In this document: positions 25,802-34,468 of the stretch, in pieces
How positions within the stretch are numbered: the stretch's first letter is position 1
Layout: the number at the start of each line of letters is the position of its first letter
Source: an uncultured virus (IMG/VR IMGVR_UViG_3300027672_001707)
Taxonomy: Duplodnaviria; Heunggongvirae; Uroviricota; Caudoviricetes
IMG/VR virus record: IMGVR_UViG_3300027672_001707
DNA: 49,703 bases
Direction: 5' to 3' (one strand)
Program-made: the position numbers and the translations under genes
The notes under the pieces: model-generated
What the model was told of the DNA's origin: nothing
The model's input: the letters and a program-made list of their open reading frames with translations, nothing else
Databases searched by the model: none

Positions 25802-26143
25802 ATGTATAAAGTTTTTCAAATTAGATTGTCAGATGCTGATGTTGATATGATCAATGAACATGGACATAATTCAGTTCCAAAGCAGAAGGCTAAAATGGAT
25901 ATGATTCTTGCAGAAGATATTAATGTTCCAGCCAGTCAAGCATTTAAAGATGGTTACTTTGAACACGTTGCAAATATTAATGCTAACGATTTAGAAGATG
26001 TATTTGAAGTTGGTAATATAGGCCCTGAAGAACAAATAGAAAGATTTAAACCAATGCATTCAATTAGTGTTGGAGATATTGTCATAGATGAAAGCGGTAA
26101 TAAATCTGTTGTTGCAAGTTTAGGATTTCAAAATGTTGCCTAA
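25802..26143 (+). CDS. YodL-like domain protein
   Basis: LEDVFEVGN...MHSISVGDIV...GF motif. Confidence 0.7.
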   Translation: MYKVFQIRLSDADVDMINEHGHNSVPKQKAKMDMILAEDINVPASQAFKDGYFEHVANINANDLEDVFEVGNIGPEEQIERFKPMHSISVGDIVIDESGNKSVVASLGFQNVA

Positions 26144-26148
26144 AAAGG

Positions 26149-26190
26149 TTGACAACAAGACAAAAGATGTTATTATAAAGTATAAACTAA
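26149..26190 (+). promoter_or_regulatory. Repeated early promoter element
   Basis: AAAGG-TTGACA-16nt(AGATGT)-TATTAT-AAAG-TATAAACTAA. Confidence 0.8.
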
Positions 26191-26215
26191 AAAAACGACA
26201 AATTAAGGAGATAAT

Positions 26216-27331
26216 ATGTCACAATTAACAGAAAATAGGACCGTAACAAGTATTGCCGCTAACAAGGCTATACTCAAAGCATTCGCTAAAAAGCGACCTG
26301 TGTTCCTTTGGGGACCTATGGGAATTGGTAAATCAGAACTGATGCAAGGCATTGTTGATTCTGGTGATATTGGAAACGCATTGCTAATTGACTTGCGTAT
26401 GGCACTAATGGAGCCAACTGATATTAAAGGTATTCCGTTTTACAATAAAGAATTAGGCGTTATGGATTGGGCACCACCGGTTGACCTTCCAAGTCCTGAG
26501 TTGGCTAAACAATATGATACAGTTGTATTGTTCTTAGACGAACTTAACTCTGCTCCGCAAAGTACACAGGCGGCGGCTTACCAATTAGTTCTTAATAACC
26601 GTGTTGGTAAATATCAACTTCCAAGTAACGTAGTTATTGTTGCCGCAGGTAACAGGGAGACTGATAAAGGTGTTACTTACAGGATGCCAGCACCGTTGGC
26701 AAACAGGTTCGTTCACTTAGAAATGCGTGTTGATTATGAGTCTTGGTTAAACTGGGCAATCAATAATAACATACATTCAGATGTTATTGGTCACATAACA
26801 GTTCACAAGCAGGACTTGTTTGACTTTGATCCACGTAGCTCAAGTCGTTCATTTGCAACTCCTCGTTCTTGGACATTCGTTAGTGACTTAATTGACGATG
26901 ATGACATGGACGAAGAAACATTAGCAAACCTAGTTTCAGGTGCAGTTGGTGAAGGCGTTGGTGTTAAGTTTATGGCTACTTTAAAGAACAGTGGCAAACT
27001 TCCTAACCCAAGTGATGTACTTGCAGGCAAGGTTAAGACACTGGATTCAAGTGTTGAAATCTCAGGTAGGTATTCACTTACTGTTTCTATGTGTTACGAA
27101 TTACGTGAAGCATACGAAAAAGAAGGTACAAAAGGTATTGAGAAATTCCACAAACTTGCAGATAACTTCTTTAGGTTTATGATGGATAACTTTGAAACTG
27201 AAATGGTTGTACTTGGTGCAAGGGCGGCATTGGTTACTTACAAGATACCATTACGACCTAAGTATTTAAAGAATTACAAAGAGTTTTATGACAGGTTTGG
27301 TAAGTATATCAAAGCCAGTCATAACGCCTAG
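26216..27331 (+). CDS. MoxR-like AAA+ ATPase
   Basis: Walker A GPMGIGKS, Walker B LFLDELN, AAGN, LANRF and TPRSW. Confidence 0.9.
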   Translation: MSQLTENRTVTSIAANKAILKAFAKKRPVFLWGPMGIGKSELMQGIVDSGDIGNALLIDLRMALMEPTDIKGIPFYNKELGVMDWAPPVDLPSPELAKQYDTVVLFLDELNSAPQSTQAAAYQLVLNNRVGKYQLPSNVVIVAAGNRETDKGVTYRMPAPLANRFVHLEMRVDYESWLNWAINNNIHSDVIGHITVHKQDLFDFDPRSSSRSFATPRSWTFVSDLIDDDDMDEETLANLVSGAVGEGVGVKFMATLKNSGKLPNPSDVLAGKVKTLDSSVEISGRYSLTVSMCYELREAYEKEGTKGIEKFHKLADNFFRFMMDNFETEMVVLGARAALVTYKIPLRPKYLKNYKEFYDRFGKYIKASHNA

Positions 27332-27351
27332 TTCTCCTGCTAGGTAATTTA

Positions 27352-27381
27352 GAAAGGGGTGTAAAAACCCCTTTCGCTTTT
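27352..27381 (+). terminator. Probable Rho-independent terminator
   Basis: GAAAGGGGT-GTAAAA-ACCCCTTTC stem followed by GCTTTT. Confidence 0.7.
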
Positions 27382-27504
27382 AAAAGAATAAGGTGGTTAT
27401 GAATAGTGAATACTAGTTTACGTTGTATTAAACCAGAGTCCGATCATCAGAGAACTAAGACTCGGCCACCTTTATTCCCTAAAAACTTAAAGATAAGTAA
27501 TTAT

Positions 27505-27747
27505 ATGACCGAAAAAGAAATAAAAAAATTACTTCACACTGTTGAAGATGATGACTGGATGCTTGTCATTAGTCCAAACGGACAATTAAAAACAGTAGTA
27601 ATGCCTAAGAACAAAGAGACAAAGGCATTCACTATGAAGCAGATCCTTGCAATAGCAGATTCGGGTATTGAAGAAGCAGTTCGTATGGAAATAGAAGACG
27701 AATTCCCCCAATTAATAGGACAAATATTTAAGAAAACCTTGCATTAA
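27505..27747 (+). CDS. Hypothetical protein
   Basis: Likely start ATG 27505 after GATAAGTA; ends KKTLH. Confidence 0.6.
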   Translation: MTEKEIKKLLHTVEDDDWMLVISPNGQLKTVVMPKNKETKAFTMKQILAIADSGIEEAVRMEIEDEFPQLIGQIFKKTLH

Positions 27748-27751
27748 GGTA

Positions 27752-27794
27752 TTGACAAATACTGTAAAGATGTTATTATAATAGTATAAGTTAA
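27752..27794 (+). promoter_or_regulatory. Repeated early promoter element
   Basis: GGTA-TTGACA-16nt(AGATGT)-TATTAT...TATAAGTTAA-ACAAAAGGAG. Confidence 0.8.
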
Positions 27795-27810
27795 ACAAAA
27801 GGAGTAATAT

Positions 27811-29118
27811 ATGTCGTTTCAAACTAATAAAAGCAGTGGTAAGTTTGTTTGTGAAACAGGCTTTGAAACTGATCCTAAATTAGATTTAGAAGTTAGAGAG
27901 AAATTAGTACAAGCTCGTGTTAGTTTGCTTATTAAACATCCATTCTTTGGAACACTTGCTACAAGGCTTGAACTTGTAAATGGTGACGATTGGTTGCCTA
28001 CGGCGGCAACAGACGGTAGACGTTTTTATTACAATACAAGATTTATAGATGCACTAACTGTTGGCGAGACTATGTTCTTATTTGGACACGAAGTGTTGCA
28101 CGTTGTTTATGACCACATGGGAAGGTTCCATGGACGTGATAAAAACTTGTCAAACATTGCCGCTGACTATTGTGTTAATGGCGACCTTGTTAAAAACTCA
28201 GTTGGTGAACCTATTAAACTTGTTGAAATGATACATGATAGAAAATATTATGATTGGTCATTTGAAGAAGTGTATGATGACTTATATGAAAACGCAGACA
28301 AAATTGATATTGAAGACCTTTTACAAAAAGTATTAGATGACCACCTTGAAGAAGATGGTAAAGGCAAAAAAGCCAATGATGCTTCTGAAGGTAATGGAGA
28401 TTCTAAAGGCGGCAAAAGTGTACGTCCTTCATTGTCAGACGAAGAGAAGCGTCAGATTAAAGAAGAGATGAAAGCGGCTGTAATGGGTGCGGCACAGAGT
28501 TCGGGTGCTAGTAATGTTCCTGCAGGTGTTAAACGACTTATAGAGTCTTGGACACAACCTAAAATGGATTGGCGTACATTGTTACAACAACAAATTGAAA
28601 GCACTATTAAAAGTGACTTTACTTTCCAAAAAATTAACAGACGTTCATGGCACATGGATGCAATACTACCAGGTATGAACAACGATGAAAAGATTGATGT
28701 TTGTATTGCACTTGATATGTCAGGTAGTATTAGTAATAGCATGACAAAAGACTTCTTAAGTGAAGTAAAAGGTATTATGGATGCTTACGAAGATTATAGC
28801 ATTAAGTTATGGTGCTTTGATACTTCTGTGTATGCTGAAGCAGATTTTGATCCGCATAACGGAGACGAACTAATTGATTACCAACCAGTTGGAGGCGGAG
28901 GTACAGACTTCGATTGTAATTGGGAATACATGAAAGAACACGGTATTGATCCTAAGAAACTAATTATGTTTACAGATGGTTACCCATTTGGAAGTTGGGG
29001 TGACGAATTGTATTGTGACACAGTATTCATTATACACGGTAATGAAAGCATTGTTCCTCCATTTGGAACTCATGCATATTATAACGAAGAACCAAAGAAA
29101 ACCAGAAAGGCGGCATAG
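27811..29118 (+). CDS. DUF2201-type metallopeptidase-like domain + VWA domain protein (MoxR partner)
   Basis: TAATDG, HEVLH (HExxH), MIDAS DMSGS, GGGGTDF and FTDG. Confidence 0.88.
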   Translation: MSFQTNKSSGKFVCETGFETDPKLDLEVREKLVQARVSLLIKHPFFGTLATRLELVNGDDWLPTAATDGRRFYYNTRFIDALTVGETMFLFGHEVLHVVYDHMGRFHGRDKNLSNIAADYCVNGDLVKNSVGEPIKLVEMIHDRKYYDWSFEEVYDDLYENADKIDIEDLLQKVLDDHLEEDGKGKKANDASEGNGDSKGGKSVRPSLSDEEKRQIKEEMKAAVMGAAQSSGASNVPAGVKRLIESWTQPKMDWRTLLQQQIESTIKSDFTFQKINRRSWHMDAILPGMNNDEKIDVCIALDMSGSISNSMTKDFLSEVKGIMDAYEDYSIKLWCFDTSVYAEADFDPHNGDELIDYQPVGGGGTDFDCNWEYMKEHGIDPKKLIMFTDGYPFGSWGDELYCDTVFIIHGNESIVPPFGTHAYYNEEPKKTRKAA

Positions 29119-29291
29119 TGAAGAAACCTAAATGTTCAGTTTGTGCAAAAGTATTCACACATAACAAGCCAACTACATTGATTGGTAAGTTAGGTATTAT
29201 ACCTGTACAATTTTGTAAGAAATGTTTTCCAAAAGTAATGGCACAAAAGACGACATTAAATTTGTCTGATTCTCGTAGAGCAATGGCATAA
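29118..29291 (+). CDS. Small zinc-ribbon protein (not in ORF track)
   Basis: 57 aa, GTG start, CSVC...CKKC; overlaps both neighbours by 1 nt. Confidence 0.65.
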   Translation: MKKPKCSVCAKVFTHNKPTTLIGKLGIIPVQFCKKCFPKVMAQKTTLNLSDSRRAMA

Positions 29292-29647
29292 TGAGAGACA
29301 TTAATCCTTTAAACGTTCTTAATCAACGTGAAGTAAGTATGATGCCAGAACACTTTACTCAAATAATCCACAAGTTTAATTATATGGGATTAGGTAAGAC
29401 CCATAACGATATCGTTGATAACATCAAACATTGGATATTTAATAATCTAGATGGCAGGTATACTGTATCAGATTATGGCAAGTCTACTAGTAAAGATGCC
29501 TGGGAAGAATTCGATGTCGATGATGAAATTGAAAACTTACACAATGATTGGAATACAAGCAAGTATGATGTAGAAGTTACAATTGGTTTTGAAGTACCAG
29601 AGGAATCTACATTCTTTTCTTTGGCTTATCAACTTCCGGTGGCGTAG
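29291..29647 (+). CDS. Hypothetical phage protein
   Basis: INPLNVL...WIFNNLDGRY...IGFE. Confidence 0.75.
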   Translation: MRDINPLNVLNQREVSMMPEHFTQIIHKFNYMGLGKTHNDIVDNIKHWIFNNLDGRYTVSDYGKSTSKDAWEEFDVDDEIENLHNDWNTSKYDVEVTIGFEVPEESTFFSLAYQLPVA

Positions 29648-30131
29648 ACTTAACTGCTTTATTAATAAAGTCAAGAATAGGTTTCCTATTCATAATACAA
29701 TAATTAGTTGCTCCGAGAATTCTTGTTATATATTCTTCAGGATGCAGTGACATAATGTTACTAGCAAAAAAATCATTTAGTTCTTGGAATTGTTGAAACT
29801 TATAAGATTGTAAACTATCGTAAGTTTGTTGAAACTCTTTAATAAGCATACCTTCCATTATTTGGTTAAGTTTCATCCAAGTATTGACTTCTGCAGATTG
29901 TTCTTTCATTAATGCTACAATATTATCGCTTGGATTAAGAAAGGTTGCAATAGAAGAGTGTTTATACTGTAAAGTATATAGGTATGTACACCCTCCAGAC
30001 ACATTGTAATAATATGTTGCCTGTGCTAAATTGTATACCATAGTTTTAGGCGGAGTAGTAAGACTGTATTCTTCGGCATTTACACTAGTAAAGGGCATAA
30101 GAATAATAAAAAGAGTAATAAAAAATTTCAT
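29607..30131 (-). CDS. Hypothetical exported protein
   Basis: Signal peptide MKFFITLFIILMPFTSVNA; lone minus-strand gene with its own TATAAATA box. Confidence 0.7.
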   Translation of the reverse strand: MKFFITLFIILMPFTSVNAEEYSLTTPPKTMVYNLAQATYYYNVSGGCTYLYTLQYKHSSIATFLNPSDNIVALMKEQSAEVNTWMKLNQIMEGMLIKEFQQTYDSLQSYKFQQFQELNDFFASNIMSLHPEEYITRILGATNYCIMNRKPILDFINKAVKSTPPEVDKPKKRM

Positions 30132-30147
30132 GGGCTTTTCCTGTGAA

Positions 30148-30155
30148 GATAAATA
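30148..30155 (+). promoter_or_regulatory. T4-like late promoter box
   Basis: GATAAATA upstream of 30198. Confidence 0.55.
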
Positions 30156-30173
30156 ATAATAGTAGTATATAAC

Positions 30174-30181
30174 TATTTATA
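30174..30181 (-). promoter_or_regulatory. T4 late promoter consensus on minus strand
   Basis: Reverse complement is TATAAATA, 43 nt upstream of the 30131 start. Confidence 0.55.
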
Positions 30182-30197
30182 CATAACGGAGAGAAAT

Positions 30198-30566
30198 ATG
30201 TCAAAAAAAGATAAAACAACTGGTATTAAGGTACCAACTGTTAAAACACCTGAGTCAACAACTCCAGTAGATGCGACAGCACCAATTGGATTAAGTGTTG
30301 GAGACTTAAAGAAGATGGTTCAAATTATTCAAATTTGTTCTAAACGTGGAGCCTTTGAAGCCAATGAAATGGCACAAGTAGGTTCAACATACACAAACCT
30401 AGTTAACTTCCTAGTTAGTACTGGAGCAATACCTAAAGCAGGTGATCCAGCCGCAACACCAGACACTGCACCCGCAGTAGATGTTGAAGCACCGACAGAA
30501 GCAACACCAAGTTCAACTGATACAATGACAGACCCGATTAGCAATAATCAATCTGCAGTATCTTAA
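30198..30566 (+). CDS. Hypothetical protein with Pro/Thr/Ala-rich tails
   Basis: Core LSVGDL...RGAFEANEM...Y. Confidence 0.75.
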   Translation: MSKKDKTTGIKVPTVKTPESTTPVDATAPIGLSVGDLKKMVQIIQICSKRGAFEANEMAQVGSTYTNLVNFLVSTGAIPKAGDPAATPDTAPAVDVEAPTEATPSSTDTMTDPISNNQSAVS

Positions 30567-30584
30567 TCATAAAAGGAGCAATCA

Positions 30585-31172
30585 ATGAAACATATTGGTA
30601 TACACAAGGACCGTAAGGTCGCAGTAATATTTAGAACAGTTCCTGGTGAAAAAGAAAACTGTCTAGTTACATACATCGATTCTTTACCAGAAATTCCTCG
30701 TAATGCAATCAACGAATGTTTAAAATCACGTGACGGACAAAATGCACCAGCATTTTCTGATGCAGTGTACAGATTTAAAACTGTAATCGGAGATGGTTTA
30801 CTTAATACTCTTAATGTAGGAAACTTAATGGTTAAGGTTCCAACTGTAGAAGTATTTTTAACACCAAACGATAAGTCGAGAGTACAACTATCAGAACTAA
30901 ATGCAGTTGTAGGAACCGACGAACCACAAACTCCAAATCCTACTAACCGTGATGTAAGAATGCCAGAGATGAGTGTAAACAATCCATCGGCACCACCATC
31001 AGCGGGCGGCAGTACTCCATTATCTGATGATCAAATTGCAGATAGTTTAAGAGCACAAGCGGCTACAATGCAAAAAGAAGCAACTCGTTTGTTAAAAGAA
31101 GCAGAAGAGTTAAAGCCATTACCGAAACGTGGAAGAGGGCGTCCAACAAAAGCGCCAACACCCGTAGCATAA
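30585..31172 (+). CDS. Hypothetical protein with C-terminal AT-hook
   Basis: Coiled segment followed by PKRGRGRPTK. Confidence 0.75.
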   Translation: MKHIGIHKDRKVAVIFRTVPGEKENCLVTYIDSLPEIPRNAINECLKSRDGQNAPAFSDAVYRFKTVIGDGLLNTLNVGNLMVKVPTVEVFLTPNDKSRVQLSELNAVVGTDEPQTPNPTNRDVRMPEMSVNNPSAPPSAGGSTPLSDDQIADSLRAQAATMQKEATRLLKEAEELKPLPKRGRGRPTKAPTPVA

Positions 31173-31184
31173 GGAGAGGTCACT

Positions 31185-31502
31185 TTGACCACATCAACTA
31201 TATGGTTATCTCAAATTATAAACCATTGGGAAGATTTGTTCGAGGGAGTTGAGTATCAGGATATTCCTATCCAGTACGTTCAACGAATGGTCATTCATCT
31301 TAAGAATGGGCAAGTCATAGATTTATATATAAAAGACATCGTGTCAAAGCACGGTGTTGATTATAGAGCTATGGAACAAGCACTAGACGACAAGATAGCC
31401 ACCATCGAAGATAAAATTAAGTATGTCGACTGGCATATTGACACATCTAAAGCCGCGGATATAATAGCCGAAGCAACAAATCAAACTCTTGGAGAATTAT
31501 AA
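31185..31502 (+). CDS. Hypothetical phage protein
   Basis: 105 aa with AAGGAG RBS. Confidence 0.7.
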   Translation: MTTSTIWLSQIINHWEDLFEGVEYQDIPIQYVQRMVIHLKNGQVIDLYIKDIVSKHGVDYRAMEQALDDKIATIEDKIKYVDWHIDTSKAADIIAEATNQTLGEL

Positions 31503-32171
31503 ATGACAGCCGAAGTTAAGATGATAAGTTACAGTAATCCTGTAAAAGAGTACACAGAATTAGACAGTGTACAAGACCTCATTGCCTTTTGTGCCAGGGT
31601 AAGTAATCCTGCAGGACAAATGAATAAAGAAACAAATGAGAAACTTATCAAGTATTTGATTAAACATAAGCATTGGTCACCATTAGAAATGGTTAGTGCT
31701 TGTTTAGAAATCAAAACAACTAGGGATATTGCACATCAAATTGTAAGGCACCGTAGTTTTTCATTCCAAGAATTTAGTCAACGTTATGCTGATCCTAAAG
31801 CACAAGGAGATATCTTTGAGTACAGTGAAGCACGTTTACAAGACACAAAGAATAGACAAAACAGTATTGCTACTGATGACAGAGATTTACAACATTGGTG
31901 GGACTCACAACAAAAGCACGTTGCAGAAGTTTCAAAGGTTGCATATGAGAATGCTATTGAAAAAGGCATTGCTAAAGAACAAGCTCGTAAGGTATTACCC
32001 GAAGGACTTACAAAGACAACATTATATATGAACGGTAGTTTACGTTCGTGGGTTCACTACATTGAATTGCGTAGTGCTAACGGAACACAAAAGGAACACA
32101 TGGAAGTCGCTATCGCTTGTGCGAAAGTTATTGCTAACATATTTCCTTTGATAAATGAAATAAATACTTAA
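31503..32171 (+). CDS. thyX: FAD-dependent thymidylate synthase
   Basis: ARVS, HWSPLE, RHRSFSFQEFSQRY, EQAR.VLP and TQKEH. Confidence 0.95.
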   Translation: MTAEVKMISYSNPVKEYTELDSVQDLIAFCARVSNPAGQMNKETNEKLIKYLIKHKHWSPLEMVSACLEIKTTRDIAHQIVRHRSFSFQEFSQRYADPKAQGDIFEYSEARLQDTKNRQNSIATDDRDLQHWWDSQQKHVAEVSKVAYENAIEKGIAKEQARKVLPEGLTKTTLYMNGSLRSWVHYIELRSANGTQKEHMEVAIACAKVIANIFPLINEINT

Positions 32172-32172
32172 G

Positions 32173-32700
32173 ATGAACCAGGAAGAACTCAACAAATATT
32201 TCTCTACAGAATGGACAGAAGAATTTGATAAGTATGCATTGTCGGGATATGATTTAGTACACAAATGTCGTAAAAGAGATTGGGTATTAGACGTAGGCTG
32301 TGGATTCAATCCGTTTAAAGGTTCCATTAAAAATTTAGTAGCCATTGACCCTGCTAATACAAAAGCAGATCAAGTTGTAACTTTAGAAGAGTTTGAATCG
32401 GATAAGTTATTCGATGTAGCATTTTGTTTAGGAAGTATTAACTTTGGAGACGACAAAAAGATTCGTAATCAAATTGAAAAACTTCTTACCCACATGAAAC
32501 CAAGTTGTAAGATTTTTTGGCGTTGCAATCCTGGTCGAAGTGACCATGGCAAGCCAAATACACATAAAGTACCGTTCTTTCATTGGAGCGAACAATGGCA
32601 TGAAACGTTTTGTAGAGACTACGGTTTTGAATTAGTTGAACTAGGTACAGAGATACCAGAACCGAATAAGAGAAGAATTTATGCAGAATGGAATAGATAA
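32173..32700 (+). CDS. Class I SAM-dependent methyltransferase-like protein
   Basis: VLDVGCG motif I, AID, FDVAFCLGSINF. Confidence 0.75.
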   Translation: MNQEELNKYFSTEWTEEFDKYALSGYDLVHKCRKRDWVLDVGCGFNPFKGSIKNLVAIDPANTKADQVVTLEEFESDKLFDVAFCLGSINFGDDKKIRNQIEKLLTHMKPSCKIFWRCNPGRSDHGKPNTHKVPFFHWSEQWHETFCRDYGFELVELGTEIPEPNKRRIYAEWNR

Positions 32701-33550
32701 TTACCAAGGTGAAGACCTTATAATCATTACAGGTGCTCCTGGTACAAGATGGAGTGCAAGTATCCAATCGATTACAAGTCATCCAGACATTAACCTTTCA
32801 GACCAAACAGATGACCGTACATACGAACGTACTGCATCATATGAAGATGGTAAGAAAGCAGGCATTGGTTGGCATCGTGGTGTATACTTTGGCCCGTGTC
32901 ATGAGTTTGGTAAAACGTTTGACAATTTAGAAGCATGGACAAAAGAAGAATTATTATTAGAATTTAAGAAAGCATTTAGTGATTGGGAAACCGGAATCAA
33001 GATTGTAAAAAGTCATTGGTTTGCATACGGACTTGACCATTTAAAGAAATGCTTTCCTAAGGCAAAGATTATTGCATACTATCTACCTGACGAACTATGT
33101 TTAAGATGGTGGCAAGTTGTAGGAGGGTTTGACATTGAATACCCGCACTACGATTGGTATGAAACAAATGAACGTATGTTACAACAAATCAAAATAGAAA
33201 ATGCGTGTTCAATAAAGTTTGCGGCAGAGACCGGAGCAAAATTTAAACGATACAAGTCACTCGCTGACTTGCATACTGACTTAGGTTTAGACCCTGGCCA
33301 GGTAAGTTACACAGATGTATGGGATAGAGATCCAAAGATTCAAACACTAGCAGAGCAATTAGGTGATGGTGATTGGGATTTGGATACTTCAGAAGGTAGA
33401 GATGCTTATACGAAACATATGTTAGACGATCGTACTAAAGCAACCATGACAATGGTATACAATCCAGATGTAGAGTATACCGATCATATTATTAATCAAA
33501 ACTTAATAGATTCTACCGTAAAAGTAATTAACAAATACGGACGAAAATAA
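32681..33550 (+). CDS. P-loop/sulfotransferase-like protein (paralog 1)
   Basis: IIITGAPGTRWS, IVKSH, FPKAKII pattern; aligns by eye with 34468..35205. Confidence 0.55.
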   Translation: MQNGIDNYQGEDLIIITGAPGTRWSASIQSITSHPDINLSDQTDDRTYERTASYEDGKKAGIGWHRGVYFGPCHEFGKTFDNLEAWTKEELLLEFKKAFSDWETGIKIVKSHWFAYGLDHLKKCFPKAKIIAYYLPDELCLRWWQVVGGFDIEYPHYDWYETNERMLQQIKIENACSIKFAAETGAKFKRYKSLADLHTDLGLDPGQVSYTDVWDRDPKIQTLAEQLGDGDWDLDTSEGRDAYTKHMLDDRTKATMTMVYNPDVEYTDHIINQNLIDSTVKVINKYGRK

Positions 33551-33551
33551 C

Positions 33552-33968
33552 ATGGCATATTCAGATAAGGTGATGGACCATTACGAAAACCCTCGTAATG
33601 TAGGTAGGTTCGATGACACAGACGGAAGCATTGGAACAGGAATGGTGGGAGCACCTGCTTGTGGTGATGTAATGCGTTTGCAAATTAAAGTTGATAAGAA
33701 TGGCATCATAGAAGATGCTAAATTTAAAACATATGGATGCGGTAGTGCTATTGCCAGCAGTAGTTTATTAACTACAATGGTAAAAGGAATGTCGTTAGGA
33801 CAAGCAGGTAAGATTACAAATACTGAACTTGCTACCGAACTTGCATTGCCTCCAGTAAAGATTCACTGTAGTGTGTTGGCAGAAGATGCCATCAAAGCCG
33901 CAGTGTTGGATTATCAAGGAAAGAATCCTGAGCAAGAAAAAACAGGCAATTATTATGAGATCAAGTAA
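33552..33968 (+). CDS. iscU: Fe-S cluster scaffold
   Basis: YSDKVMDHYENPRNVG, APACGD, GCGSAIAS and LPPVKIHC. Confidence 0.97.
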   Translation: MAYSDKVMDHYENPRNVGRFDDTDGSIGTGMVGAPACGDVMRLQIKVDKNGIIEDAKFKTYGCGSAIASSSLLTTMVKGMSLGQAGKITNTELATELALPPVKIHCSVLAEDAIKAAVLDYQGKNPEQEKTGNYYEIK

Positions 33969-34046
33969 ATGAAAGAACTACCTGAAAAGGGTTGGTTGTT
34001 TATTTTTTCTGTTATCATAGTTCTTGTCGTAACACAAATATTATAA
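33969..34046 (+). CDS. 25-aa single-TM peptide (not in ORF track)
   Basis: MKELPEKGWLFIFSVIIVLVVTQIL fills the gap between iscU and the next gene. Confidence 0.4.
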   Translation: MKELPEKGWLFIFSVIIVLVVTQIL

Positions 34047-34051
34047 GGAAC

Positions 34052-34468
34052 ATGATGGACTCAGTACTACTATTACCTGCCGCTTTATTTCCGGCAATAC
34101 CCTTAATGATGATATCTTTTGGTAACCGTTATACATCTTTGGCTACATTAATTCGTAAGATACACGACGAACTAATGTCTAAGAAGTTAAGTAAAAAGGA
34201 TAAAGCAACAAATAGATACTTAAAACAAATAACTGTACTACGAAAACGTTTAGGACTTAATAGGGCAACATCAACATTGGCGGCATTTGCATTTATATGC
34301 AACTTATTTGCTATGTACTTTGCTTTTATTAAGTCATTTTCTATATTCAGTCTATTGTTTACAAGTAGTTTAGTTATATTTGGATTAGCAATATTATTAT
34401 ATGCAGTTGAATTGCAATTCGCCACTAAAGCATTAGATACACACTTACAAGATTTAGAGGACTTATAA
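34052..34468 (+). CDS. DUF2721-like membrane protein
   Basis: PAALFPAIPL...NRY..LA.LIR..H...QI..LR.R; start 34052 after AAGGA. Confidence 0.75.
   Translation: MMDSVLLLPAALFPAIPLMMISFGNRYTSLATLIRKIHDELMSKKLSKKDKATNRYLKQITVLRKRLGLNRATSTLAAFAFICNLFAMYFAFIKSFSIFSLLFTSSLVIFGLAILLYAVELQFATKALDTHLQDLEDL

Noticed and set aside
27444..27450. Hammerhead ribozyme core (CTGATGA on the minus strand)
   Set aside because: No stem II followed by GAAA in the required position.
26216..29118. CobS/CobT cobalamin chelatase annotation
   Set aside because: The partner has HExxH plus VWA (DUF2201 type), and no cobalamin genes are present.
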